64,000 nucleotides of DNA, taken from a virus (Duplodnaviria > Caudoviricetes). The stretch spans positions 4,191-68,190 of IMG/VR virus record IMGVR_UViG_3300024254_000008. One strand, written 5' to 3'. The notes beneath the pieces were generated by a model. It did no database searches, was not told the origin of the DNA, and was given only the letters and a program-made list of their open reading frames with translations. The position numbers and the translations under genes are program-made. Of this stretch, positions 46,800-56,304 are shown one piece after another (positions within the stretch are counted from its first letter, which is position 1; every line of letters starts with the position of its first letter).

Positions 46800-47038
46800 G
46801 CCGTTTCCCAATCCACGGCGAGCAGATCAGTCTGGGAGCAGAGCCACGGGACGAACATGCCGTCAGCCGTCTTCATGGCGACGAATGGAGCGCGACCGGC
46901 GTCCTTGGCCAAATCGCATCGCCATTCAGGCCCCGTGACAAGCACCAACCACATTCCCTTGCCGTTCCATCCTGATCGACGTACGGCATCGCCGTTGTGC
47001 ATTTGCTTTACAGCCCAGCCAATGTCTTGGAGGTTCAT
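46796..47038 (-). CDS. DUF2829 family protein (Tad2-like anti-defence sponge)
   Basis: IGWAVKQM..G.AVRRSGWNGKGMW..AMKTADG..VPWL.SQTDLLA.DW. Confidence 0.85.
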   Translation of the reverse strand: MNLQDIGWAVKQMHNGDAVRRSGWNGKGMWLVLVTGPEWRCDLAKDAGRAPFVAMKTADGMFVPWLCSQTDLLAVDWETA

Positions 47039-47202
47039 TTCGCCTTCTCCATCTTGAGGTATTTGCGGAGCGCCGCGTGGACGATGGCCGTCATCGAGAC
47101 GCCCGTGTCGTGGTTCTCCTTGGACAGCGCCTCGTACACGTCGGGATCGATCCGCATGTTGAACGCCGCCTTGTAGATGGGCCTACTCGTCTTGACGCTC
47201 AT
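47035..47202 (-). CDS. Arc/ribbon-helix-helix DNA-binding protein
   Basis: AFNMRIDPDVYEAL..GVSMTAIVHAALRKYL. Confidence 0.8.
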   Translation of the reverse strand: MSVKTSRPIYKAAFNMRIDPDVYEALSKENHDTGVSMTAIVHAALRKYLKMEKAK

Positions 47203-47375
47203 CACCGGTACTCCCGTCCTGTGTGAACAATTTTGACGATGCGCCACATCGGATAATCCACAGCATCGTGACCCAGAGAATTTTGGCAGATTTGGACGCC
47301 CAGATCATTGTACTTATTGAGCAGACCACGCACGATTTCATCCGGATCGCGCAAATGGACTTCGACCATTTCCAT
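47202..47375 (-). CDS. Hypothetical protein, 57 aa
   Basis: MEMVEVHLRDPDEIVRG..; coupled stop/start. Confidence 0.45.
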   Translation of the reverse strand: MEMVEVHLRDPDEIVRGLLNKYNDLGVQICQNSLGHDAVDYPMWRIVKIVHTGREYR

Positions 47376-47378
47376 GGC

Positions 47379-47480
47379 TCACATCCCCGCCACTGGCGAC
47401 ATGGCCTCAGCCAGCATCCAAATGCCGGCCAAGCATGCGGCCATGAGAGAGAACAGGAACATCAATCCACGCACGGTCAT
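47379..47480 (-). CDS. Small membrane peptide, 33 aa
   Basis: MTVRGLMFLFSLMAACLAGIWMLAEAMSPVAGM. Confidence 0.45.
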   Translation of the reverse strand: MTVRGLMFLFSLMAACLAGIWMLAEAMSPVAGM

Positions 47481-48043
47481 GGCGTAAGCTCCGACACGAC
47501 AGACTCATGCCCCTTGCCGGCGTCGTCTTTCTCGAAAGTCTTTTTGAACGCAATATTGCCTTGAGCATGGAAGATCACAATGCCTTCAGGCTTCATGAAG
47601 CCGGGCGCAGCGAAAGAACCGCCTTTCATCAAAGTGAGCATTGAATTGCGAACATCCAATAGTTCGAACGCCGCGTATCGTCCGATAGTTGGCACCACGT
47701 GGCAGCAAGATGGCCGTATTGCGTCGTCTGCCCAACGAGAGACATTGAACAGGCTGAATCTCTTCTCACCTTTCGGCAGGCCGTAGCCACGCTGGATACC
47801 AGAACCCCACCATTCGCCGAAATGTCGGCCCGGACCGAGCTTGGCCAGATCGTGACGATTGTCGAATGCCCACTTAGCAAAGCCGAAATTATCGTCGTGA
47901 AAACCGATCCATCGAGAGCGTGATCCCACGAACATCGCTCCACCTTCGTCAAAGGCGATGCACGCGTTAGTGCCATCGATCTTTTCAGTGACAATCACCT
48001 CGCGCGACAATCGCGAGATTTTTGGAAATGGAACAAAATCCAT
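47477..48043 (-). CDS. ATP-dependent RNA ligase (Rnl2-like adenylation domain)
   Basis: FPKISRL..TEKIDGTNA..FGEWWG..F.LFN..PEGIV..FK; RBS GGAGAG. Confidence 0.85.
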   Translation of the reverse strand: MDFVPFPKISRLSREVIVTEKIDGTNACIAFDEGGAMFVGSRSRWIGFHDDNFGFAKWAFDNRHDLAKLGPGRHFGEWWGSGIQRGYGLPKGEKRFSLFNVSRWADDAIRPSCCHVVPTIGRYAAFELLDVRNSMLTLMKGGSFAAPGFMKPEGIVIFHAQGNIAFKKTFEKDDAGKGHESVVSELTP

Positions 48044-48136
48044 ATGTCTCTCCCAACAACCGTCAAAATATCGGACGAGTGGCGTGGATGTGCGCCACAC
48101 CTTATGGTCGCTCGCCCCAATCGGCCAGCACATCGC

Positions 48137-49024
48137 CTAGAACGGTATGTCATCTCCATCATCGCGGCGCGGCGGCGGCTCATAGCCCGCACGATCCGGC
48201 GCAGACGTCGTCGCCGATCCTTCGTCGGTCACGTCGCGGACCGGAGCAGCCATCCGCATCACGCCATCTTCGACCGCCTTGCGCACTTCCTGAGCGCGTT
48301 CCCAGCATCGCCGGCCGTTCTTCTGGGCGAGCGTCAGGCCGACCGGCTCGATCTTCCAGCCGGGATAGGTCTTGTCGCCCTCGCCCTCGGTCACGGTCGT
48401 CAGCTTGTAGAGGACGGCATAGATCGGAGCGGTGAAGGGACCGTTCGGCCCCTCGAATTCGACGGCATCGATCAGACCGTTCCAGCGCCGGGACTTCTTG
48501 GCCTGCGTCGAAGCGAGCGGCAGGACGACGGGTCGCACGCTGCCGTTGTTGTAGAGCAGGCAGTAATAGGTCGGCACCATGTTGATATCGTTGCCCTCGG
48601 TCGTGATGCGAGGAAATCCCTCGCCATCGTCGCGACCGCGCTTCTGGCTCGCCTGATACTTGCTGTGGTCGGTGAACCACTGCTTGACCAGCTTGCCGCG
48701 CGACCGCTTCTCGCCGCCGCGCTCGATCTTCACTTCCCATTCGGTGACGTGATCCTCGTATTTGCACGGGATCACGAACGCCTCCTGCATCGGACGGAGC
48801 GTCAGGTTGTCGATGATGTCGCCGACCCGCGCCGAGTCGATGAAGCCGGCGTGGCCGCGCTTCACGTAACCGGACGTGCCCTGAACGATGCTCAGGTACG
48901 GCACGATCATCTGGCGCATGTCGAACGTCTCGGTGCCGGTGCGGGCACCTTCGACCATCAACGCCATGTCCTCGACGCTAAGCGGCGAAGTGTTCCCTGC
49001 AGTCGTCAGTTCGTTATCGGGCAT
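48137..49024 (-). CDS. Single-stranded DNA-binding-like protein
   Basis: PYLSIVQGTS..VLPLASTQAKKSRRWN; acidic DDIPF tail. Confidence 0.65.
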   Translation of the reverse strand: MPDNELTTAGNTSPLSVEDMALMVEGARTGTETFDMRQMIVPYLSIVQGTSGYVKRGHAGFIDSARVGDIIDNLTLRPMQEAFVIPCKYEDHVTEWEVKIERGGEKRSRGKLVKQWFTDHSKYQASQKRGRDDGEGFPRITTEGNDINMVPTYYCLLYNNGSVRPVVLPLASTQAKKSRRWNGLIDAVEFEGPNGPFTAPIYAVLYKLTTVTEGEGDKTYPGWKIEPVGLTLAQKNGRRCWERAQEVRKAVEDGVMRMAAPVRDVTDEGSATTSAPDRAGYEPPPRRDDGDDIPF

Positions 49025-49321
49025 TTATGTCTCCTGTGTTTTTGCCTTTTCGGCTAGACGATCCAGCCGTTCGATTTCTTTGATAAGCAACGAGGCTGCA
49101 CGGATTAAATCCCGACGAGGACTCTTTGGCTTCCACCAAATCCAATCCCATGGCCACAATGATTGTGCCCACAGACTGTTGCCGTCGAAACTGGACAGCG
49201 CATAAGCCGCTGCCGCGCGTGGCATCTGCCATTGATCATGAAGATCATCATGATCAGACGTCCAGCCTTCTTCTTCAACGTGGCGCTGACATTCCGCAGC
49301 AACATCATCCAGTGCGCTCAT
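49025..49321 (-). CDS. Conserved-looking phage hypothetical protein
   Basis: EEGWTSDHDD..RAAAAYA..WPW..WWKPK..RRDLIRAASLLIKEIERLDR. Confidence 0.75.
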   Translation of the reverse strand: MSALDDVAAECQRHVEEEGWTSDHDDLHDQWQMPRAAAAYALSSFDGNSLWAQSLWPWDWIWWKPKSPRRDLIRAASLLIKEIERLDRLAEKAKTQET

Positions 49322-49893
49322 CACTCGCTCCGTTCTTCCGCCACAGCCGGCCGCCGCACCGGCTGACTCGCCAGCTTCACACGGCGGATCACGACACAAC
49401 CAAGCTCCTCGGCCGGCGTCGGCAACGCCGCCTTGACCCTTGCCCGGACAATAGCCTGCAAGGTACTGTGATGGACCGTCTCCGTAATCGACACGCTGGC
49501 CCGGTTATCTCCTCGCAGACGCTCGAATGCTTCCAGCGCGGCATCTCTCTCACCGGACCCGTAGTTCGCTTCTACGATGGCTCGCAGGGAATCCTCGTGG
49601 CCAAGCTCGATGATCAGCCGCTTGGCCGTCTCGTAGCGTTCCAGCGCGTTCGGCACGTCGGCGAACGGTGACGGAAACGAGCCCTTGATGCTGACGTCCC
49701 GCCGGGCCTTCGGGCAGCCCGGCACGCCAAGCTCGCTCACACCGTCTTCGGTGAACGCCGCCGGAAGCTCAACCTGTTCAAGTCGCGCTACTTCGTCGGT
49801 CGCCGCCTTCAACTGGAGTTCCAGTTCCTCGACGCGGAGCATCGCGTCGGTCAAGGCGATGACCCCACGGGCGGATCGGGACATGATCGGCAT
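49321..49893 (-). CDS. Phage hypothetical protein (coiled-coil N-terminus)
   Basis: EQVELPAAF..ETVHHSTLQAIVR; usual SSB neighbour. Confidence 0.7.
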   Translation of the reverse strand: MPIMSRSARGVIALTDAMLRVEELELQLKAATDEVARLEQVELPAAFTEDGVSELGVPGCPKARRDVSIKGSFPSPFADVPNALERYETAKRLIIELGHEDSLRAIVEANYGSGERDAALEAFERLRGDNRASVSITETVHHSTLQAIVRARVKAALPTPAEELGCVVIRRVKLASQPVRRPAVAEERSE

Positions 49894-50132
49894 CAGGCGT
49901 TAGCCAGCAATGCCTTGACGGCCGGGCTCTCGGCGATCTTCGCCGCTCGCGCCTTGTCGATAGCCGGCTTTTGCTTGAGCCGGTCGAGCGCCCGCGTATC
50001 GTTGAACCGCACGATGTGCCGCGCCGTCGTGATGAGTTTGTTCACCCGAGTCCGGTCGAACTGGCTCGTGTAATAGCCCTTGTGTCGGCTGGACTGACGC
50101 TGGTTCGCCTTGTTCATTGCGCCCGCAGGCAT
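49893..50132 (-). CDS. Small basic protein
   Basis: RBS; coupled stop/start. Confidence 0.55.
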   Translation of the reverse strand: MPAGAMNKANQRQSSRHKGYYTSQFDRTRVNKLITTARHIVRFNDTRALDRLKQKPAIDKARAAKIAESPAVKALLANA

Positions 50133-50150
50133 GGCAATTCCCCTTTGATG

Positions 50151-50195
50151 AGCAGAGGAGCGGGACCGCTTGTTAGGCGGTCCCGCTCCTCTGCT
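50151..50195. terminator. 19-bp perfect hairpin (terminator or RNase III site)
   Basis: AGCAGAGGAGCGGGACCGC-TTGTTAG-GCGGTCCCGCTCCTCTGCT. Confidence 0.6.
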
Positions 50196-50196
50196 G

Positions 50197-50778
50197 TTAC
50201 TGGTCTTCCGACTCGATGGGCTGCGGCTCGCCGTTGACCGGATCGTCGTCGTTGAGACGGTTGCCGGTGTCGGCCGACATGATGACCGTGCAAGTGTAGG
50301 TCGTCACGTTATCGAGATCGACCGTCTTGCCGACCCGAACTTCGCGCACCTCGTGAAGGACGATATCCTGCCCTTCGGGCAGTGAGCCCGTGGCCCGGAC
50401 CCCACCGGCATTCAGCAGGACCACGCGGTGCGGCATGACGGTCAACCAGCCATAGCCGTAGCCACCGACCGATCCGGTCGGTGCCGCCGGATAGCCTTCG
50501 GCGGACAGTTGTCCGGCATGCTGCTCGACCATGAAGCACCACCGGGCGGCGGCGGCCGGATAGCCACGCAGGAACTTAGACGCCCGCTGCGCCGTCATGT
50601 AGGACATGACAAGGCGCTGACCCAAGGTCATCGCATCAACGCCGGCCTCACCGGCACGGGAGATCGAAGCGCGGGCCGCGCCGCGCAGCACGTCGGCGAC
50701 GGCCGCTCGGGCACCCAAGATCATGGAGTCCACCGGACGGCCCAACTGGATCGGGAAGGAGATGTGACGGAAAGTCAT
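50197..50778 (-). CDS. Hypothetical protein
   Basis: RBS AGAGG. Confidence 0.6.
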   Translation of the reverse strand: MTFRHISFPIQLGRPVDSMILGARAAVADVLRGAARASISRAGEAGVDAMTLGQRLVMSYMTAQRASKFLRGYPAAAARWCFMVEQHAGQLSAEGYPAAPTGSVGGYGYGWLTVMPHRVVLLNAGGVRATGSLPEGQDIVLHEVREVRVGKTVDLDNVTTYTCTVIMSADTGNRLNDDDPVNGEPQPIESEDQ

Positions 50779-51046
50779 TGGCTTGTTCCTCTGATTAAGG
50801 GCGTTTGGTTTTCAAGCGACGCGCCCGTGTCCGCCGCTGATTGGAAGATGGCACGATCCGGAAACGCTTGCAACGGCAAAATAGCGTTTCCGGTAAAATA
50901 GTTTAATCCGGATGCGGCGACCGACGACGCGATGGTCGGGGAGCCACCGCTTCCCGCGCTTCCTGCATCACATCGCGCAACACATCGGCTACCGGCAGCG
51001 ATGGTCGTCTCGTCCGTGGCGGCTGGTCTCGGTGACGATCTTCGCT

Positions 51047-51295
51047 TCAACCGGCCTCGACATTGAACACCTCCACGATACGCATCTCGGATTTATGGCC
51101 CTTGTCGACGAACAGGTCAGCGAACGCCTGAGCTTCGCACCATGTCGACCACTGGAGCGCCTTGTCTCCCTTGGTCGTGCGGACCTTGCGCCACACGACC
51201 TGATCGCCCTTGGTCGTGCGGACCTTGCGCCACACGACCTGATCGCCCTTGGCCACCGAATAGACCGGGACGAGTCGCTCGATCATGAACGACAT
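51047..51295 (-). CDS. Hypothetical protein with 13-aa internal duplication
   Basis: KGDQVVWRKVRTT twice. Confidence 0.6.
   Translation of the reverse strand: MSFMIERLVPVYSVAKGDQVVWRKVRTTKGDQVVWRKVRTTKGDKALQWSTWCEAQAFADLFVDKGHKSEMRIVEVFNVEAG
51168..51252. repeat. Perfect 39-bp tandem duplication (in frame)
   Basis: CCCTTGGTCGTGCGGACCTTGCGCCACACGACCTGATCG twice plus CCCTTGG. Confidence 0.95.
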
Positions 51296-51297
51296 GA

Positions 51298-51645
51298 TCA
51301 GCCCTCCGGGAACGGCTTCGGCGTGACGAAGGCGGCCAGCACCTCATGCTCCTCGGCCACGGCCAGCCCGGCTGCCGCCATTTTCGCCGCAGCCTTGCGC
51401 AGCGTCTCATAGACGTCGTGCATCATCTCGATACGACGACACAGGTTGTCCCGCTCCCCGTCGTGTTCCTCGGTGCCATAGATCAGCGCCACGACGGTTT
51501 CGCCAACGCCCTCGATGCGACGGCCATAGTTGGCCTCGTCGTCGGTCGCACCGTGCAGCACCTTGCCTGCACGCATCATGTCCAAGTCCATCATGCTGGC
51601 GCTGGGGAAGGGACTGTCGTCCCGCGTATCGATAATGTCGACCAT
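51298..51645 (-). CDS. Hypothetical protein
   Basis: RBS AAGGAG. Confidence 0.6.
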   Translation of the reverse strand: MVDIIDTRDDSPFPSASMMDLDMMRAGKVLHGATDDEANYGRRIEGVGETVVALIYGTEEHDGERDNLCRRIEMMHDVYETLRKAAAKMAAAGLAVAEEHEVLAAFVTPKPFPEG

Positions 51646-51700
51646 GATTGGCTCCTTCGTTGGATCGATTTGAAGAAGATCGTCTATTTTGGCGGAAATG

Positions 51701-53008
51701 TCAATCGGCGACTTCAGACGCCGGCATTTGCGCCGGAACATCGATATGTCCATTGTAATAGTGCAGCGCTTCGGCGAAAAGCTGACCGCGATGCTCGCGG
51801 AGCCAATCTAGATCGATGCGCCCGACATGGACCGGCCAGAAGCGCCGGCCGCCCGTATCATCGTTGTGCCAATCGCGGTTGTTCGTCGTTCCGGCAAAGA
51901 CGGCAGTCCGTTTGTGATCCGCCGCCAGCCGGCCGAACGGCACGCGAAAGTGATCGATGCGCGTGCTCAGCACCGCCTTGATCTTGGCCGATCCGTGCTT
52001 GCTGGAAATGATCGAATGAAGCTCCTGAATCTCGAAGACCAGCGCGCCGTGAAGCTCCTGCAGGAAGTCTTTGGCATCGACGCCAGACGATGCCGCGCGA
52101 TACCAGCTACCGCCCAGCACCTCCAGCGCGCTCGACTTCATCTTGCCCTGTCCGCCGATCAGCACGGGCATCGTGTCGACCTTGGAGCCTGCCTCCATGA
52201 TGCGAGCGACCATCGAGATCATCCAGCACCGACCGGCTTCCCGATTGAACCGTGTGTTCATCGCGCCGAACCCGCGATGAAACAAGGAAGTAAGACGCTG
52301 CTCACCATCCCATTGCTGTTGTAGCAGCCAATCGCGCGGCTCATTGCGTACATCGAAATGGGCCACATGCTGGATGAGCCGCTGAACCTGCATTTCGGTC
52401 ATCTTGATCAGGCGCTTGTCGCTTTCGTGGAGCCACGTCGTGATGCTGTCGGCCAATGAGTCATCGAGCGCCATGGCGGGCTGCATCGAGCCGTCATGCG
52501 TGCCGTTCCAATCGGCATAGCAACGCTTGTGGAAATCGTCGTACCAGATGCGGCCACCTCGTTGCGTGCGGAGCAGGCCGATGGCGATGAGCCGAGCGCT
52601 GTCCGTCTCGACCATTTGCTGAGGCGACATGCCGGCCGGCGTATCGACCTGAACGACATGTGTCCGTTCACGTCGACCGCGTGCAGCCCGTTGCGCTCCG
52701 ATCCGTACCACATTGGTCGCCGATTCAATCGCCTGCTGCTGGCGGATATGATTGCGCGCCCCGGAGACGTACATGTTGAAGTTGATGCCGCGCACTTCCG
52801 GAGCCCGCCAGCCTTCCAGCCCCCGTACATGCTCGCGAAGCTGCTGCAACACCACGCCTGCGCTCAACGGGTCATGAACGTGCAGGTCCAGCAACACGCG
52901 GTGCTCTTCGGCCGACAGGACAGCGGTCGGCTCGCGTGAGCCACCGGTCGCGGCCTCGAACAATCGATTCAGGATCGACGTTACCTGTTCGGCGGATGGC
53001 GCGGGCAT
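51701..53008 (-). CDS. VapE-like SF3 helicase, lacking the C-terminal winged-helix region
   Basis: MVARIMEAGSK.D.MPVLIGGQGKMKSS, FEIQEL, D.FRVPFGR, FAGTTN..DDTGGRRFWPV, QLFAEAL then a stop about 20 aa later. Confidence 0.9.
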   Translation of the reverse strand: MPAPSAEQVTSILNRLFEAATGGSREPTAVLSAEEHRVLLDLHVHDPLSAGVVLQQLREHVRGLEGWRAPEVRGINFNMYVSGARNHIRQQQAIESATNVVRIGAQRAARGRRERTHVVQVDTPAGMSPQQMVETDSARLIAIGLLRTQRGGRIWYDDFHKRCYADWNGTHDGSMQPAMALDDSLADSITTWLHESDKRLIKMTEMQVQRLIQHVAHFDVRNEPRDWLLQQQWDGEQRLTSLFHRGFGAMNTRFNREAGRCWMISMVARIMEAGSKVDTMPVLIGGQGKMKSSALEVLGGSWYRAASSGVDAKDFLQELHGALVFEIQELHSIISSKHGSAKIKAVLSTRIDHFRVPFGRLAADHKRTAVFAGTTNNRDWHNDDTGGRRFWPVHVGRIDLDWLREHRGQLFAEALHYYNGHIDVPAQMPASEVAD

Positions 53009-53104
53009 TCAGAGACGCCACGCCCAGTGCAGCACGCCGGGAATGCACAAGGCGATGATCGCCAACATGAGCACCGGCAGCATATAAGCGATTCTGCGTT
53101 TCAT
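53009..53104 (-). CDS. Small membrane peptide, 31 aa
   Basis: MKRRIAYMLPVLMLAIIALCIPGVLHWAWRL. Confidence 0.5.
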   Translation of the reverse strand: MKRRIAYMLPVLMLAIIALCIPGVLHWAWRL

Positions 53105-53859
53105 TGGTCTTCGGCCTCGGGTCCATCGTATTGTTGTGACGGGGCGGCCCGTAGCTGACGACGTCGGAGGGGCTGTCCCGCTCCTTGCGGCTCAACTCTG
53201 TTGCCGACAAACGTAGATGCCTGCATTCCAACTGTATTGATGTTGTAAACGGCTCCTTGCTGCGCAGGCGCATTCGCAATGATCGTGTGGCCGGACGGCA
53301 GTGCGTTGTTCAACTGACTCCTCAACTCAACGTCTTGCACAGGATGAGACTGACTCTGCAATGCCACGGCCTGTCCATAGACGCTGGCTGATCTGTTGGA
53401 CGCGTTATTCAGGACGTCCGCAGCAAGATGCCCAAGGTTCTCTGAAACTCGCGCCTCGAAAAAATTCCCGTTCCGGCCGCAGATTGGATGCATCCTGTTC
53501 CCTTGGGGCTCGATCCGTTCGCTGACACACGTCACGTTGAGCGGCTCGATTTCACCCGTAACCAGCGACGGGCTACCGCTTGATGGACGCGCGCAAAGCC
53601 ACGTCTCTTGTCCGCCCATCATAGGACGAGCAACGTGGCGACAATCGCGGCAGATGGGAGGAGCGGCGAGACAATTCGGACGTGGAAAATCGGATTGATG
53701 AATTCGGGGGGCAGACGACTCCGGAGCAGGAGGAAGGCACGGCGTCCCATCCAGATCAATCACGGCTCCGTTCACATTGTGGAATCGACTGACGCCGCAT
53801 CGCGTGCAACATATCGGAAGATCAAGGCTGAACGCATGGGCCTGATAACTAATCGGCAT
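53101..53859 (-). CDS. Cys-rich hypothetical protein
   Basis: CTRC and CRDC motifs; coupled to primase. Confidence 0.6.
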   Translation of the reverse strand: MPISYQAHAFSLDLPICCTRCGVSRFHNVNGAVIDLDGTPCLPPAPESSAPRIHQSDFPRPNCLAAPPICRDCRHVARPMMGGQETWLCARPSSGSPSLVTGEIEPLNVTCVSERIEPQGNRMHPICGRNGNFFEARVSENLGHLAADVLNNASNRSASVYGQAVALQSQSHPVQDVELRSQLNNALPSGHTIIANAPAQQGAVYNINTVGMQASTFVGNRVEPQGAGQPLRRRQLRAAPSQQYDGPEAEDQ

Positions 53860-54829
53860 GAGCCATCTCCCGGTCCGGCAGTGCGGCGAGCGCGCGGCGG
53901 AAGCTGCCACCGTGTTCCCATTTCACCGCCAAGGCAAACGCATCGCCCCATGCACTGCATTGCGAACTCACCCGCATCGGTGACGCTCCGACATTACCGT
54001 CCGCATCCGATTGCGAGAAGCTCACCCAGCGCTTGCCGTCCGGCAGGATGACGGTCGCTCCCTGACCATGCTGGAGCGGCGACTTCCAGCGCATCCCCTC
54101 CCGGCGATAGCCGTACGCGGCCAGCCGCTCGGCAATCGGATGCGCCTCGTTATACGCCTCGATTTTGGCCATGATCTCGGGCGGCATGGCGTTAACCCGG
54201 CGACGAGCAGCCACCTCGGCCTCGTCCTGAGCCACCCGCTCGGCCATCGTCGTAGCCATGGTCAGCAACATGCCGGTGTCGATGGGCGTACCGGCGATTT
54301 CCTGAGCCTTCCAATAGACCGCCTCGGCCGGATGACGCGGCAAGTAGAACAGGCTAGCCGCCCCGAACTTGGACGGATCGCTCACCCCGTGGCATCGTAG
54401 CTGGGCGGCAGCGGCGGCGGACAGGAACGGGTCGACCATCTGGTCGTATGGCAGGGGCGCGGCAAGGGGCAAAAGAACGCGATAGCGGGGGTCCTGTGCT
54501 GTGTGGCTATGAGTAGTCCACATCATCGCCCGAACCCGTCTGGCGGTCAGATATTCGGCCATAGCATCGAAGCTGATAGGGACTTCACCCGTCGTCGGAC
54601 TGGACTCGATATCCAACGCGATCATGGACCGCGCGATCAGGTTGGCGTTGCCCCGCACGCCGTTGAATGTTGCACAGGCCAAAGCCGGACCGTCTTTGGT
54701 CCCCGTCTCGTGACGCGAGAGCCGCTCAATCAATCGTTGCCACGTCGTCTCGACGCGGATGCCGACGTTATCACGGCTATCGCGAAAGAACGTGCAGGCA
54801 ATTGAAGCGCTAGGGGTAGTGTTCGGCAT
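53849..54829 (-). CDS. Archaeo-eukaryotic-type primase (prim-pol) domain protein
   Basis: IALDIE, WTTHSH..PRYRVLLPL, DPS....LFYLP. Confidence 0.8.
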   Translation of the reverse strand: MPNTTPSASIACTFFRDSRDNVGIRVETTWQRLIERLSRHETGTKDGPALACATFNGVRGNANLIARSMIALDIESSPTTGEVPISFDAMAEYLTARRVRAMMWTTHSHTAQDPRYRVLLPLAAPLPYDQMVDPFLSAAAAAQLRCHGVSDPSKFGAASLFYLPRHPAEAVYWKAQEIAGTPIDTGMLLTMATTMAERVAQDEAEVAARRRVNAMPPEIMAKIEAYNEAHPIAERLAAYGYRREGMRWKSPLQHGQGATVILPDGKRWVSFSQSDADGNVGASPMRVSSQCSAWGDAFALAVKWEHGGSFRRALAALPDREMAHAD

Positions 54830-55050
54830 GCCTCGACGCTCGCAAAATATGGGGTTGCGATCCGTGGTCCGGCTGCTAGTATTGCGTTTGCCCCGCTACA
54901 CCGCGCCGTCGCCACAGGTCGACCACGGTAATTGTTCGTTCCTCAAACTGCAAGGGCCGTATCATCCGATGCGGCCCTTGCTCGTTGTCGATCAATCGAT
55001 GATGCCGATCATGATCAGCGCGAAGACCACGGCGATGATGAGCGCCAGCA

Positions 55051-55308
55051 TCACGGAGCCTCGATGATCAGTTGGTAGGCGCTCTCGATGGCGGCTTCCA
55101 TGGTCGTGCCGTGGCCCATCATGACGGGGAAGTCGTGCCATCCCTGCTGACGGGGGAACGACCACCACGCCACGAATTCATGGGCGACGGGCGGATGAGA
55201 CGACATGAAATTGGCGCGAATCTGGAGCCGTAGCGTTTCTGGAGCGTATCCATGTGCCCGCGCCTTGGCACATACGGATTCGTGCAAGTGTTGAATGTCC
55301 ATGATCAT
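55051..55308 (-). CDS. Hypothetical protein
   Basis: RBS AAGGAGG. Confidence 0.6.
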   Translation of the reverse strand: MIMDIQHLHESVCAKARAHGYAPETLRLQIRANFMSSHPPVAHEFVAWWSFPRQQGWHDFPVMMGHGTTMEAAIESAYQLIIEAP

Positions 55309-55544
55309 CCTCCTTTGCGATCAATTCCTAGTCGATCCATCAAGCGGATCAATCGCTTGCCCCGCACAGCGTTGATATCGACGTGCCCCGGCTCGGGAGT
55401 GAAGCCCTTGGCTTTCGACTGGCGCGCATCGCGGCGGACCTTGCGCGCGAACGCGACCAAGGCGGTAACGATGAGGGAGAATTCGCGCTCGTCCACAGTC
55501 AGGACTCGTTGGCCATTGCTGGCGACGAACAGGGAGTCGGGCAT
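55305..55544 (-). CDS. Hypothetical protein
   Basis: RBS GGGGAG; coupled. Confidence 0.55.
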   Translation of the reverse strand: MPDSLFVASNGQRVLTVDEREFSLIVTALVAFARKVRRDARQSKAKGFTPEPGHVDINAVRGKRLIRLMDRLGIDRKGG

Positions 55545-55545
55545 A

Positions 55546-55755
55546 TCACTCCCCTTCCGGCGTGATATCCGACACCCGCACGCGATAGACGCGACCATCA
55601 GTTAGCGTCATATCGAAGAAACGCATTTCCATGACGCGTACATCATCCGGCTGGATTTCAGTAAGTCGCGCAACGTCGTCTCGGATTGCTGATGCCCGGC
55701 AGAGTCGCCGCGCAATGATCTCGGCCATCGTATAGCCGGCAGTCGTCGTAGCCAT
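55546..55755 (-). CDS. Hypothetical protein
   Basis: RBS GAGGAGGG. Confidence 0.6.
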   Translation of the reverse strand: MATTTAGYTMAEIIARRLCRASAIRDDVARLTEIQPDDVRVMEMRFFDMTLTDGRVYRVRVSDITPEGE

Positions 55756-55758
55756 GGT

Positions 55759-56259
55759 CTAGCCCTCCTCGCTCAAGTCGTCTGTTTCAATATCGCCAAG
55801 CTGGAACGCGCTGGCTCGCTCCAGCGTCCACTCGACGGTGCCTGATTCGTCCGGCATCACGACAGGGCAACGCCGGATTGCCTCGATAGGATGTTGCAGG
55901 AAGTATACCCATGCCATGGCCTGCTCGCCGTCATCCTCCACCATCACTTCCACACGACGATAGTAATCAGGATGGCCCTCCAATCGGTCCAACATGTTCA
56001 TCGTCTCGGGGTCGACCACGTATAGCTCGCCCTTCACCTTGCCGATAACATCGGCAACGCATGCCTCATGGTCGGCCGACAATGACGCCGGATCAATCAG
56101 GTACGGAAACGCCGCGCCGCTCAACATGAGATAGGGGTCTACTGTGACAGCTTCGCCCAAGGGCAACGCGTCACGCTCAGCTAAAAAGGGATAGTGATTG
56201 TGGAAGCCCTTTTTCAGACTACCATAGACGAACACGAGGGGATTGGTGGGGGAAGTCAT
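55759..56259 (-). CDS. Gamma-glutamylcyclotransferase (AIG2-like) #2
   Basis: VFVYGSLKKG..NH..GELYVV..LDRLEGHPDYYRR. Confidence 0.92.
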   Translation of the reverse strand: MTSPTNPLVFVYGSLKKGFHNHYPFLAERDALPLGEAVTVDPYLMLSGAAFPYLIDPASLSADHEACVADVIGKVKGELYVVDPETMNMLDRLEGHPDYYRRVEVMVEDDGEQAMAWVYFLQHPIEAIRRCPVVMPDESGTVEWTLERASAFQLGDIETDDLSEEG

Positions 56260-56304
56260 TGCGTGCTCCTATGGCCTGTCGGATTGCAGGCCGTTGATGG
56301 TTGA

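Noticed and set aside
48044-49057. 337-aa plus-strand ORF
   Set aside because: Shadow of the SSB-like gene
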